64,000 nucleotides of DNA from an uncultured delta proteobacterium (GTDB taxonomy: Bacteria; Desulfobacterota; Desulfobacteria; Desulfobacterales; QNYZ01): contig CAWANO010000012.1 in NCBI GenBank assembly GCA_963783425.1, forward strand, positions 38,251 to 102,250, read 5' to 3'. Under the pieces are notes generated by a model. The model made no database searches. It was not told the origin of the DNA and saw only the letters and a program-made list of their open reading frames with translations. Made by a program: the position numbers and the translations under genes. The number at the start of each line of letters is the position of its first letter. Positions within the stretch are counted from its first letter, which is position 1. This document shows positions 48,927 through 61,155 of this stretch, piece by piece.

Positions 48927-49313
48927 TCAACGGCTCAGGTGGGTTATCAGTTTGCGGGCCAGGGGAATATCGGCCGGCAGCAGATCGTAGGTGAGCAGGG
49001 ATTCGGGGTTCACCCAGGCGATGCGGTCGTGGTCGACGGGGGTGATGGTTCCCATACGTTGCACGAAATAAGCTTTCAGGCGCACCGGCCCGCGGTTGTA
49101 GTGATAGACGCTTTCGGCGAAAAGATCCCCGACCACGGCCTCGATGTTGAACTCTTCGCGCAGCTCCCGCGCCAGTCCCGCCTGGGGTGTTTCGCCGGGC
49201 TCGATCTTGCCGCCGGGGAACTCCCATTTGCCGGCATGCCGAATACCGGTTTTACGGCGACCCAGCAGAACCTGGCCGTTTTCAAGTAGCAGTGCGGCGG
49301 TGACCTGTATCAC
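48927..49313 (-). CDS. MutT/NudG-like NUDIX hydrolase
   Basis: WEFPGGKIEPGETPQAGLARELREEF Nudix box, LLPAD; GTG start at 49313 after GGGAG. Confidence 0.92.
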   Translation of the reverse strand: MIQVTAALLLENGQVLLGRRKTGIRHAGKWEFPGGKIEPGETPQAGLARELREEFNIEAVVGDLFAESVYHYNRGPVRLKAYFVQRMGTITPVDHDRIAWVNPESLLTYDLLPADIPLARKLITHLSR

Positions 49314-49451
49314 GGCTCTGCTCCCAACTCGGGGTGAAAAGCGGTGGCGTTGAAGCGTACTGCTACGGCGACCATAGCGCCGGCGTGCACTGCCGTCAAG
49401 AGTGGGTATTGCGATGGCCGCTTCGTGGCCAAAAGGGTATGTCAATTCATC

Positions 49452-49520
49452 CAAATCGAAATCGGTATCAACCTGGAACGAGTGGTAAACATTTTCGATT
49501 TCGATACCGATTTCGATTTG
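49452..49520. repeat. 18-bp perfect inverted repeat built of ATCGAA-like hexamers
   Basis: CAAATCGAAATCGGTATC (49452-49469) and GATACCGATTTCGATTTG (49503-49520), with extra TTTCGA units nearby. Confidence 0.85.
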
Positions 49521-49600
49521 AATTTCGATGGTTGGAGACACCCATCAGTTGTGCAACGCCTCCGGTTTCACACCATCCCGAACCTACCGATGGCCGCCGA

Positions 49601-50776
49601 TCAGGGGACGGCCGTCCGGGCCTTTTTCCAGAAGGGCGAGAGGTTGCGCAACTGCTCGATGATGGGCGGCAGGTGCTCGATGACGTAGTCGACCTCCTCG
49701 GCGGTGTTGTAGACGCTAAGGCTGAAGCGGATCGAGCCATGGGCGCGGGTAAAGGGCACGCCCATGGCACGCAGCACGTGCGACGGCTCCAGCGAGCCCG
49801 AGGTGCAGGCCGAACCCGATGAGGCGCAGATGCCAAGCTGATTCATTCTAAGCAGAACCGCCTCGCCCTCCACGGCCTCGAAGCCGATGCTGGTGGTGTT
49901 GGGCAGGCGCTGGTCGGGGACGCCGTTGACCTTGGCCTGGGGAATACGCTCGAGCAGGCTCTTTTCGAGGTGGTCGCGCAACTGCCGGACGCTGGTATTT
50001 TCGATTTCGATATGGTCCCCGGCCAGTTGGCAGGCTTTGCCCAGGGCCACGATGGAGGCGCTGTTTTCGGTGCCGCCGCGACGGCCCTTTTCCTGATGGC
50101 CGCCGATCAGAAAGGGTGCGAACTTCGTGCCCTTGCGCAGGTAGAGGGCGCCGATGCCCTTGGGGCCATGGAGCTTGTGGCCCGACAGCGAGAGCATGTC
50201 CACCGGCACGTTGTTTAAATCGATGGGGATCTTGCCCACGGCCTGGACGGCGTCGGTGTGAAATACGATGCCCAGGTCGTGCAGTTTTTCGGCGATCTCT
50301 TCGATGGGAAAGATCACGCCCGACTCGTTGTTGGCCCACATGACGCTCACGATGGCGGTGTCTGTGGTGAGGTGGTCGTAGAGATAGTCCAGATCGAGAA
50401 CGCCCTGACTGTCCACGGGCACAAAGCTGACCCGGTAGCCGTTCTTGCCCAGATGCTCGAAGAGGTTTTTCACCGCCGGGTGCTCCACGCGGGTGGTGAC
50501 GATGTGGCGTTTGCCGGGATTGGCCTTGATGGCGGCATTGATGGCGGTGCTGTCGCTTTCGGTGCCGCAGCTGGTGAAGATGATCTCGGCCGGAGAAGTG
50601 CCCAAAAGATTGGCCACCCGTTCACGGGCCTCGTCGATCTTCTTGCCCACGATCTCCGCAAACGAATACATGCTGGAGGGGTTGCCGTAGTATTCGGACA
50701 AAAAGGGCACCATCTCCTCGAGCACCTCGGGCGCCACGCGGGTGGTGGCGTTGTTGTCCATGTAGACGATTTTCAT
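49601..50776 (-). CDS. nifS: Cysteine desulfurase
   Basis: YMDNNATT, GNPSS, HTDAVQAVGK, SGHK (PLP lysine), SSGSACTS; ATGA overlap with nifU. Confidence 0.95.
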   Translation of the reverse strand: MKIVYMDNNATTRVAPEVLEEMVPFLSEYYGNPSSMYSFAEIVGKKIDEARERVANLLGTSPAEIIFTSCGTESDSTAINAAIKANPGKRHIVTTRVEHPAVKNLFEHLGKNGYRVSFVPVDSQGVLDLDYLYDHLTTDTAIVSVMWANNESGVIFPIEEIAEKLHDLGIVFHTDAVQAVGKIPIDLNNVPVDMLSLSGHKLHGPKGIGALYLRKGTKFAPFLIGGHQEKGRRGGTENSASIVALGKACQLAGDHIEIENTSVRQLRDHLEKSLLERIPQAKVNGVPDQRLPNTTSIGFEAVEGEAVLLRMNQLGICASSGSACTSGSLEPSHVLRAMGVPFTRAHGSIRFSLSVYNTAEEVDYVIEHLPPIIEQLRNLSPFWKKARTAVP

Positions 50777-51603
50777 TGCGAAACCTCCTCGACCACCAGC
50801 TCTGGGGTGACCAGCTCTTTGAGCTTGGTCTCCACATACTCCTTGAGGGTGACCTGCGACAGGCGGCAGGTGGCGCAGGTGCCGCGCAATTGTACCAGCA
50901 CCGTGTTGCCGTCCACGTCGATCAGTTCGATGTTGCCGCCGTCCTGTTCCAGAGCGGGGCGCACCTCGCGCTCCAGGGTTTCTTCGATGAGACGGATCTT
51001 TTGGATGTTGGTGAGCTGCTGGCGCTTGGGCTTGGGTACGGGGGTGATTCCGGTCACCGTATCGATGATCTCCTGGATGCGGCCGTGGCATTTTTCGCAA
51101 CCGCCGCCGGCCTTGACGTAGTCGGTCACATCTTCAATGGTGGTGAGGTGGTTTTCGGCCACCACGCGCTCGATCTGCTTGTCGGTCACCCCGAAACATT
51201 CACACACGATCTCGCCCTCGGCGGTCTCCACCTCGCGCCCTTCGAAATTGGCGATGGCCGCCTCCAGGGCTTCACGGCCCATCACCGAGCAGTGCATCTT
51301 CTCTTTGGGCAGGCCGCCCAGAAAATCGGCGATGTCGTCATTGGTGATCTGCTTGGCCTCTTCCAGGGTTTTGCCCATGAGCATCTCGGTCAAAGCCGAA
51401 GAGGAGGCGATGGCGCTGGCGCAGCCGAAGGTTTGAAACTTTACGTCCTTGATGCGCTTTTGGTCATCGAGTTTGAAATATAGGGTCAGGGCGTCGCCGC
51501 AGGCAATCGAACCCACCTCGCCGACGCCGTCAGCATCCTCGATGGTCCCCACGTTGCGGGGGTTTAAAAAGTGATCCTTTACCTTCTCCGTGTAATTCCA
51601 CAT
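50773..51603 (-). CDS. nifU: Three-domain Fe-S scaffold protein
   Basis: IscU domain (CGD, FGC, HCS), BFD-like CECF..GGGCEKC, C-terminal DGG..CATC. Confidence 0.95.
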   Translation of the reverse strand: MWNYTEKVKDHFLNPRNVGTIEDADGVGEVGSIACGDALTLYFKLDDQKRIKDVKFQTFGCASAIASSSALTEMLMGKTLEEAKQITNDDIADFLGGLPKEKMHCSVMGREALEAAIANFEGREVETAEGEIVCECFGVTDKQIERVVAENHLTTIEDVTDYVKAGGGCEKCHGRIQEIIDTVTGITPVPKPKRQQLTNIQKIRLIEETLEREVRPALEQDGGNIELIDVDGNTVLVQLRGTCATCRLSQVTLKEYVETKLKELVTPELVVEEVSQ

Positions 51604-51847
51604 GATTCCACCTCGTTGTTGTCGGACTTGTGGCGACCGGTGGGTCAGAGCCAATCGCGCTGTCGGCCAATCCGGTCGTCTAAAAATTTTAATCACGATT
51701 ACTCGAATAGCAAAGTGCCTCGCTGATATTTTTGGCGGACCTAGCCTAAACCCTGGAATTGTTGGAAACTATTGAAATCAAGATGGATTTTATGCCAAAC
51801 TTAATCAGCTAACCTGTTTTATGCCCCCAGGCAAGGAGGCTTGCATC

Positions 51848-52723
51848 ATGGAAATTCGCAAAACAACCTTCGCAGGCAGTTGGTACCCCGGCACGGCGGC
51901 CGCTTGCCGGGAGGAGATCGAATCGTTTTTTGACCAGGGATCGACCGCGGATCCGGGGCGCCGCTGTATGGGTGGCATCGTGCCCCATGCCGGCTGGTAT
52001 TACTCCGGGCAGGTGGCCTGCCAGGTGATCGAGCGCCTCAAGGGCGATAATATCGCCGGCCCCGCGCCGGACTTGATCGCCATTTTCGGTATGCACCTGC
52101 ACCCCGCTTCGCCCTGTTTTTTGCTCGACGCCGATCAGTTCGAAACGCCCCTGGGTCCTTTGGCGATCCACCGGGATCTGGTGGCTCAGCTGGCACGGCG
52201 TCTTGCGAAAGTGGCCGATTACCGCATGGAGACCGCCCGCGACTTTCAGCCGGACAACACCATCGAGCTGCAGCTGCCGTTCATCAAGTATTTCTTTCCC
52301 GAAAGCGCCATCGTCACCGTGGGTCTGCCGCCGACTGAAACGGCCGTGAAAGTGGGCGCGGCGGTGGTGGAGCTGGCCGCCGCCGCGAAACTATCGCTCA
52401 AGGTGCTCGGTTCCACTGATCTGACCCACTACGGATCCAATTACGGCTTTACACCTCGCGGCAGCGGCAGGGCCGCCGTGGCGTGGGCGCGCCAGGATAA
52501 CGACCGCCGCCTGATCGACGCTATCGGCAGTATGGACCCGATGGCGGTGATCCAGGAGGCCAGGTCCAACCACAACGCCTGCTGTGCCGGGGCCGTGGCC
52601 GGTGCCATGGCGGCCGCCGCGGCGCTGGGCGCTCGCCAGGCCGAGACCACCGTCTACGCCAGTAGCTACGACAAAAGCCCGGGCGACAGTTTCGTGGGCT
52701 ATGCGGGCGTACTGCTATTCTAA
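51848..52723 (+). CDS. Memo-family protein (AmmeMemoRadiSAM protein B-like)
   Basis: FAGSWYP, PHAGWYYSG, ETPLG, IELQLPF, STDLTHYG, SFVGYAG; AAGGAGG RBS. Confidence 0.9.
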   Translation: MEIRKTTFAGSWYPGTAAACREEIESFFDQGSTADPGRRCMGGIVPHAGWYYSGQVACQVIERLKGDNIAGPAPDLIAIFGMHLHPASPCFLLDADQFETPLGPLAIHRDLVAQLARRLAKVADYRMETARDFQPDNTIELQLPFIKYFFPESAIVTVGLPPTETAVKVGAAVVELAAAAKLSLKVLGSTDLTHYGSNYGFTPRGSGRAAVAWARQDNDRRLIDAIGSMDPMAVIQEARSNHNACCAGAVAGAMAAAAALGARQAETTVYASSYDKSPGDSFVGYAGVLLF

Positions 52724-52828
52724 GGGTGGGGATTCACCAGAGCCGCCTGGTCGACGGTCTCGCCCTTTTCATGATATGGAACCCTACGCATTCTTAGTCT
52801 GAACAGACGACATCATATCGGAGCTTTT

Positions 52829-54571
<1,743 letters not shown>

Positions 54572-54715
54572 CCGGCGGCCGCTCTTGTGCGCGCCCCTGG
54601 CTAATCATGGCGCGGGCTTTGTGAGAGGCCTTGCCACCCAAAGCGAGATCGCGTGGGGAGGGGTTGAAACCAAACGTAATATTTTCCGATGTGGCCATCA
54701 CGATGAGGATTGATC

Positions 54716-55433
54716 ATGAAACATGACAACAGCGGCGGCGCGCTGGTGATGGGTGTTTTGATTTGCGCGGGCCTGGGGCTTCTGGGATGGTTGGTGGCCG
54801 ACGGTCTGGCCAAATTCAGATCCCACGAACGAACGGTGGTGGTGAAGGGGCTGGCCGAGAAGTGAGCTGACGGCTGATGTCGTCATCTGGCCCATCAAGT
54901 TCAACGTGGTGGACAACGACCTCGATGCGCTTTTTGCCGCCATCGAAGAGAAGGCCGGCAAGATCGATCATTTCCTCAAGTCGCACGGTTTTGCCGAAAA
55001 TAATATCTCCCTGGGAGCCCCCAAAATCGTGGATCGCCAGGCGCAGACCTACAGCAAGGAGGCGCCGCTCTTCCGGTATGCCGCCCACGGCATCATCACC
55101 GTCTACACCAGCGAGATCGACCGCGTGCGTCAGGCCACGGCTGATCTTCTGGAGCTTGGCAAGAGCGGCGTGGCGCTGACCGGGCAGGATTACGACAGCC
55201 GCACCGAATACCTCTACACCAGGCTAAACGATATCAAGCCGGAGATGATCGCCGAAGCTACCCGCAACGCGCGCCAGGTGGCCGAAAAGTTCGCCCAGGA
55301 CTCCGACAGCCGGCTGGGAAAGATCAAACGCGCCCGCCAGGGGCAGTTTTCCATCGACGATCGCGACAGCAACACGCCCCACATCAAAAAGGTGCGCGTG
55401 GTGTCGACGGTTGAATATTACCTGGCCGATTGA
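54716..55433 (+). CDS. SIMPL-domain protein, frameshifted at ~54863
   Basis: ATG 54716, TM helix, ERTVVVKGLAE; one extra base, then ELTADVVIWP...LNDIKPEMIAEATRNAR...KKVRVVSTVEY. Confidence 0.82.
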
Positions 55434-55590
55434 GGTGTGTTTCGCTTCCGTGTGGTAGATGGCATCCGGTCGTTTAGGTGCCGGGTTTTCCGTATCTTCA
55501 GCAATCAGCGACTACCGTGCCGAGGTGGCATGAAGGTGAGGGCGACGGTAATGGTCGTTGAAATCAACAGGGGGCTGAGCGGGGCCGCAA

Positions 55591-57027
55591 TTATTTATCG
55601 GTTAGCAGGTTGGCGTCGCCCGATGCTGCCAGATCCTCATTGATCTGATCGTCCAACTGCCTGTCCGGTGAAAGATCCACGGTTTTAAGCTCTTGGGCTG
55701 CGCCGGGAGGTGCATCTGAATCCGACGCCGCGGACGGTCCGGGGCCGACCCGCTGGAACCGGATGGTTTGAGCCGGCTCAGGCATCTCCACCCCGGCTTT
55801 TTCGAGGGCCAGTTTCACCCGGCGAATCGCTTCGCCCCGGACCTTGGCGAAATCGGCGCTTCGCTGGTCGACCCAGCCAAAAAATCTTACCAGTACACTG
55901 AAGTCACCCAGGTCCTCGATAGTCATAAACGGCGCTGGTTCGTCCATCACGCCCGCCATTTCCCGCAAGGCGGTGCATCCCAGCGGCTGGACTTCGATCA
56001 GGTCTTCGTTCACCCCGACCCCGACCCCGAAATCGAACCGCCGGCGCGGGTTGATGCTGTAGTTGTAGATAATGCTTTTAAACACCGCCGCGTTGGGGAT
56101 TCGGACGTGGTTGCCGTCCAGGGTCATCAGAAATAGTTCGCTGGATGTCAGGCGGGTGACGCGGCCTTCATGGGATTCGATCCTCACCAGGTCATAGAGA
56201 TCAAAAGGCCGCCGGATGCTGAGCAGCAACCCGGCCAGGTAGTTTTCCACAATGTCCTTGAACGCAAAGCCGATCACCAGCCCGACCACTCCGGCGGTCC
56301 CGAGCACCGCGCCCACCAAGGTGGTGATGTCTAAAATGTCCAGGGCCAGCAGGATTCCCAGCAGGAAGATGCCTTTGCGTATAAATTGGCGGATCAGGTT
56401 CTGCAGCAGCCGGTTCCATCCCAACCGCTGAAAAAGCAGCTCCCAGCGGGTAACGACACGGGCGAACAACCAGGATATCACCACCACCGCCAGCGCCACC
56501 GCGATGGTGGGCAGGTTATGCATGGCACGAGTCAGGTACTCCCGTACCCGGGACAAGGCCGGCTTGACACGCGATTCGACGTCGGTCTCCACTGATATTT
56601 GGTTGTCAACGTAAACAACCCCTTCGAAACGCGAGACCATCGCGGCGGCCCTTTCGGAAGCTTCCATGCGGGCGGTCTTGCCTGACAGCCGCACGACGCC
56701 GTCATTGACATCGATCTTAACCTTTTTAAACGCTTCAATGTTGTCCATAACGGCGCGCAGGCGCGTTTCGATCGCCGAATCGGGGGCGACCGACAGGGGC
56801 AATGCGGGTGGTGGCGCCGCGTTGGGGTCTTGCGTGGCCGCGAACGCCAACCCGGGAGCACTCCAGCAAAGCAACGCAATCAGACCCCACCGGCCCCATC
56901 GCCCGCAGCAGGCGCGGAATCGTTTCAGGGGCAACGCAGCCCAGACGGTGAATCGACGGTTGCCGGTGCTTAGCCTGGTAAGCTGCCAATGCGTTTGAGA
57001 TTTTAGGTGTGGCTCGCTGGTCATCAC
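55591..57027 (-). CDS. BON-domain MscS mechanosensitive channel (start uncertain)
   Basis: GVVRLSG..GVVYVDNQI BON domain; IGFAFKDIVENYLAG, RPF, IPN, RRFDF MscS motifs. Confidence 0.88.
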   Translation of the reverse strand: MMTSEPHLKSQTHWQLTRLSTGNRRFTVWAALPLKRFRACCGRWGRWGLIALLCWSAPGLAFAATQDPNAAPPPALPLSVAPDSAIETRLRAVMDNIEAFKKVKIDVNDGVVRLSGKTARMEASERAAAMVSRFEGVVYVDNQISVETDVESRVKPALSRVREYLTRAMHNLPTIAVALAVVVISWLFARVVTRWELLFQRLGWNRLLQNLIRQFIRKGIFLLGILLALDILDITTLVGAVLGTAGVVGLVIGFAFKDIVENYLAGLLLSIRRPFDLYDLVRIESHEGRVTRLTSSELFLMTLDGNHVRIPNAAVFKSIIYNYSINPRRRFDFGVGVGVNEDLIEVQPLGCTALREMAGVMDEPAPFMTIEDLGDFSVLVRFFGWVDQRSADFAKVRGEAIRRVKLALEKAGVEMPEPAQTIRFQRVGPGPSAASDSDAPPGAAQELKTVDLSPDRQLDDQINEDLAASGDANLLTDK

Positions 57028-58363
57028 GCTTCACTTTTTTTAGCGGTTTTGACCGCCGCTTGGTAGCGTTGCTCAAGATCCTTGCGGTCGTCATCCGCTG
57101 TCAGGTTGGCGGTGCACCCATGCAACACCATTGCGGCGTGTCGCAAGAGGGTGTCACGATCTTGCGTTCGGTGTGTCTGCACCATGATGGTGGCAATGGT
57201 CTCCAGCAAACGGATCGACACGGCTGGCACGGCATAAGCGTTCTGCCGAATCATATTGAATGCCGCGCCCAGCATTCCTTCGAAGGTAAACGGTTTGTAG
57301 ATGACCCGCAGTCGGTTTTGCGCGTCGTAGCGGTGCGAGGCGGGCATCTTGCGATTGGCCAGTTGACAGAGGGTTACCCCCAGCCAGTCGATGCAAGTGA
57401 TTGCGGTAATCGGATCGTTGATGCCTGGCGAAAGGGCCCGCACGGCGATTTCCACCAGTTGGCTGATGGCAAACTCCACATCCTGTTCCAAGTTCCGTTC
57501 GGAACCCACGATAAAGATGGCGTTAAACTTTTTTTCGAGCCGCTCATCGATCTTCTCACCCGGCCAGACCGTCACCAGCGTGCCGCCTTGAGTGACAAAA
57601 TCGCCCGGACGGTGGCCGAGATGAACGAGCAGATCCGCTTCAACGGCAATGCGCATCAAGGCGTCGTCGTCCACCGCCTGAAGGTAGCCGCTTTGGACGG
57701 CTGCCACCTGGCAGAACTCGCTGCCGCAGGTGGTCGGGATGCATAATCTCGATGGATGGGTGTTTCGAAGAGACCGTCCGCTTGCCCGAGTTGCTCCGGG
57801 AAAATCCGATCCGTGGCCTTTTCCAGGTCGCGGCGCGCCCGCGCAATGATGGTTTCGGCCTGAATCGATTCCGAAATGTTGTGGATAAAGTAGATCAGCA
57901 GCCCCAGACTGACCAGCGACAGAAACACGCCGATCGTAATCGAGAGGCTGGGTGTAAAATGACCATCCTGGGGCGCATCGGCCCCGTGGAGCACGAGAAT
58001 GCAGTACATGAAGGTTGCCACAAAGATGCCCAGCACCGCCTGGTTGGCCCTGACGTCCATAAAATTTTTGATCAGACGAGGGCCGAACTGGGAGGAGGCC
58101 AGCGAGAGAACCACAATGGTGATCGAAAAAACCACGGCGGCCACCGTCATCATGGAGCCGGCAATCACCGAAAGCACCGTTCGTGCACCATCGGGCCCAC
58201 CACTGTAGAGCAACCACGGGGCGATGTGTTGCCGGTTGATAAAGACGTTGTCGATCGCGGTGGTCGTGAAAGAGAGCAAGATGGCCGCAATGGCTATAAG
58301 CGCGGGTATGAACCAGAAGTTTGCCCGGAAACGGTACCAGCGATTTTGAATTTTTATTGGCAT
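57024..58363 (-). CDS. DUF2254-like membrane protein, frameshifted at ~57741
   Basis: FWFIP, ASSQFGPRL, LIYFIH N-half in ORF 57656-58363; SGYLQ, QLVEIAVRALSPGINDP C-half in ORF ending 57024. Confidence 0.83.
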
Positions 58364-58928
58364 GGCCGGCTTTTGTCTTCCCTCGATTTAGTGGGCAGAT
58401 AAGCATCCTCGTGTGGGATGGCCCGATAAACCAGCCCCCGCTGGTCACGGCCATAAAACAATACATAATGCCTTTGGAACGGGTTGACAATACGGTTGCG
58501 GCAACAGGCAATATAGGGTTTTCAACCCATGATGTAGCCGATAGTCAGATCCTTGACCGTGTGAACCTACCAGAATGGGCAACCGTTTCGGGATTGGCCC
58601 TTCCCATGCGCGATGATTACAATCCCCCCCCCGGTCATTATGAGGTCGAACCAGCGGAGCTGACTACCAACAGCAAGGCGGCCAGGATAGCGTGGCCGCG
58701 GACGATGTTAGGCTACCTGCGTGTCCGGGAATTCGGCGACTACCGTGCCGAATTGGCAGGGTGGTTCAGAATCAGGCTTTGGGCGGTGAGTAAGACCGTG
58801 GGCCGGCCGAGTGTTGTCGAGGGTAAGTTTTTTTAATGGGCAATAGGGAATGTCGATATTTCACGGACCCTAAATATCCGGATACTCTGGGCGTCTATCC
58901 ATCCTGATGTCTAACAGCTATTTGCTTA

Positions 58929-59011
58929 GTGGTCCTGTTCGTAAAAACAGAGACGTAATGAGGGCGCCAATGCGCCGGGTTGACAAGGCGCGAAAAATAA
59001 AGAATATCGGG
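58929..59011 (+). mobile_element. Truncated left-half copy of the 161-bp fold-back element
   Basis: Preceded by CTTA; GTGGTCCTGTTCGTAAAAAC...AATATCGGG aligns to 60914-60996. Confidence 0.85.
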
Positions 59012-59063
59012 GTTGGCCGAAATAGAGGTGTCGGCCGGCGTGGTTATCTGGCTCACTTTTTTC

Positions 59064-59146
59064 AACAAGGTCGATTACGACGCAGATATTGTGGCCGAGG
59101 AAGCGGCAGGAGGAAAAAACTGAGTCAGTGGATTGCCGAAACACTA
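59064..59146 (+). pseudogene. Possible HicB-like antitoxin remnant
   Basis: KVDYDAD joined to AAGGK(N), a frameshift, then LSQWIAETL; resembles the HicB N-terminal strand and C-terminal RHH helix. Confidence 0.3.
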
Positions 59147-59282
59147 GTGGGTTCCAGTGGTCCCGGCTTGGCGATTCATACTCGATATGAGACCCTGGCA
59201 TTACACAGCTACCGATAACTGACAGATGATATCAACGGAAAAATTTTTAAACTGACTGTTGCCATAGAGATAAATAGCCCGT

Positions 59283-59489
59283 TTAACCAACGGCCTGTAT
59301 AGCCTCTTGGACATCTATGGGAAGTTGCACACGTACAAAATAAGATTCGGGATAAAGGTAGTCTTCGCCTGATTCATCAATGACCCTTAAATAGCCCTCT
59401 TTAGATGCACCTTCGTCAGGAAGTATTTGATATACTTTTCTTTTTTCCAAATCCTCACAATCTCTATTTTCGATACAAATTACGTACAT
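59283..59489 (-). CDS. Small acidic hypothetical protein, gene 2 of a two-gene module
   Basis: 68 aa; ICI.N...LE.RKVY...RVIDESGEDYLYP; low GC; starts 4 bp after the upstream stop. Confidence 0.8.
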   Translation of the reverse strand: MYVICIENRDCEDLEKRKVYQILPDEGASKEGYLRVIDESGEDYLYPESYFVRVQLPIDVQEAIQAVG

Positions 59490-59493
59490 TTTT

Positions 59494-59727
59494 CTAATCC
59501 ATAAAGCGTTTAATTTTCATTTTCTTTCGGCCGATCCCGTGGCTCTCGTACCAGTGGAGCTCCGCTTTGAGGATTCGGCCATTTTGAAGTCTTACTTTGG
59601 CCACCCCTTTGAGTTTACGCCACCTACCTTCGCCGTAATGTTTTCGAATCCGCATTATATCTCGGATTTTACCACCTACCGCAATGGTTTCTATATTTTC
59701 GATGTCATCGATTATTTCGAAATACAT
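59494..59727 (-). CDS. Small basic hypothetical protein, gene 1 of a two-gene module
   Basis: 77 aa; IETIAVG, YG.GRWRKLKG, AELHWYE.HGIG; low GC. Confidence 0.82.
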   Translation of the reverse strand: MYFEIIDDIENIETIAVGGKIRDIMRIRKHYGEGRWRKLKGVAKVRLQNGRILKAELHWYESHGIGRKKMKIKRFMD

Positions 59728-59972
59728 GATTAAGTATATGGAATCAACCTGTTAATTTCAAGGAGGGTCTTTCAAGATGATATGAATTGGCAGTGATTTC
59801 TTGAACCGTAAGGATTTTAATCAACACCCACAGCAGATCAATGACGCCGGTGACCCCAAATAGCATAGGCGCGAATCAACCTCTGATAATTGAAAAAATA
59901 TTTTTTACAAAATTGATGATCGTATGTTACCGTCTACCATGCGGCGTTCCATCCGTATGCCGGAGATTATTT

Positions 59973-60827
59973 TTAACCCAACAGCCTGATGATATTCAAA
60001 CGGAATACCTTGCATTTTTCCGAGTGATTAAAACCCACCTTGTCAAGCATGCTGTCGATTAGGCATATCTCCTTTTTATGACTAAACCAGGGCCAGTCCG
60101 TACCAAACAAGATGTGATCGGGTCCGTGCTCTTCCACAAGATCACAAAACTCTATGGTTGAGAGCGTATGGGCCGCATTTGAGGTATCCAGGTAGAGGTT
60201 GGGGCGGGCCGTTAAATGGCGGCGAATCTCATCGTACGGTGCGTCAAGGCCTCCCATATGGGCCCCTATAAAATTGATGCCCGGATAGCGGTCTGCCAGG
60301 TCGGCCAAGTGTTTGGGCGTGGTGTTGAATTCAGGAGGGGTGCCGAAATGGCGGTCGGCGGTGCGCAAGGTGTCCAAAACAACGGCAAAGGGCGCATCCG
60401 TCTTCTCATTGGCCGATTCGACGGCACGAAACATCCTGGCGGCGCTTGCCCCCTTTAACTCAAAGCCTTGGGAGAAAGAGCACAGTTTGACCAAGCGAAT
60501 GCGGTGTTGCCGTAGGTAGGCAACCTCGCGGTCCATATCGGGGTCGGCCGGATGCAGCGTACCGGCTGTTTTGATGAAGGGATAGGCCGTAGCGGTATTG
60601 ATGCAGGACCGATTGGTTCTTCTTACGTTAGAAACGCTGGCGGTGGGGAGCATCAGCGCGCCTTCGACACCGGCGCCCGCCAGTTCCGCTTTCAACTTTC
60701 CCGCGGAGGTTCGTTTTTCAGCCCCCTTGGTTTGTAATCTCAAACGCTGCACCATCCCCAATTTTTGCTGGACATTGCGGATGATTGTATCCGGGAAGAG
60801 ATGGACATGGCAGTCGAATATTTTCAT
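59973..60827 (-). CDS. Amidohydrolase-2 family metallohydrolase
   Basis: DCHVH, GTLHP, IGAHMGG, YLDTS, ILFGTDWPW. Confidence 0.88.
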   Translation of the reverse strand: MKIFDCHVHLFPDTIIRNVQQKLGMVQRLRLQTKGAEKRTSAGKLKAELAGAGVEGALMLPTASVSNVRRTNRSCINTATAYPFIKTAGTLHPADPDMDREVAYLRQHRIRLVKLCSFSQGFELKGASAARMFRAVESANEKTDAPFAVVLDTLRTADRHFGTPPEFNTTPKHLADLADRYPGINFIGAHMGGLDAPYDEIRRHLTARPNLYLDTSNAAHTLSTIEFCDLVEEHGPDHILFGTDWPWFSHKKEICLIDSMLDKVGFNHSEKCKVFRLNIIRLLG

Positions 60828-60913
60828 TATGCACCGGGCACTCTTATCACTCACTGTTGGGGTTCACATAAGAGGATATTGATGAAATGTGTCAAAATAG
60901 CCCTTCACCCTTA

Positions 60914-61074
60914 GTGCTCCTGTTCGTAAAAACGGTGACGTAATGAGGGCGTCAAGGCGCCGGGCTGACAAGGCGCGGAAAATAAGCAATATCGGGAATA
61001 TTGCGTTTTTTCGCAACGCCGTTAGCCCGGATGGATTGGCGGCCGAATGTCATCGTATTTGCGAATAGGTGCAC
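60914..61074 (+). mobile_element. 161-bp fold-back MITE-like element, copy A
   Basis: GTGC...GCAC ends, ~26-bp imperfect terminal IRs, flanked by TTA/TTA in C-TTA-G context. Confidence 0.88.
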
Positions 61075-61123
61075 TTAGTAAACCGTTCAGAACAACGTTG
61101 GCGTCAGACGTTCACTCGCCAAA

Positions 61124-61155
61124 ATCCCCCTTGATCCCCCTTTACAAAGGGGGAG
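61124..61155 (+). repeat. REP-like C-tract plus hairpin motif
   Basis: ATCCCCCTTGA then TCCCCCTTT-AC-AAAGGGGGA. Confidence 0.65.

Noticed and set aside
49314-49541. N-terminal extension of the NUDIX ORF
   Set aside because: Read-through of the intergenic palindrome; the real start is probably GTG 49313 with an RBS.
54863-54865. In-frame TGA in the SIMPL gene as selenocysteine
   Set aside because: The protein continues in a different frame, so this is a frameshift rather than read-through.
58321-58836. 171-aa plus-strand ORF upstream of DUF2254
   Set aside because: TTG start, overlaps the DUF2254 start, no motif or clear RBS; cannot be supported.
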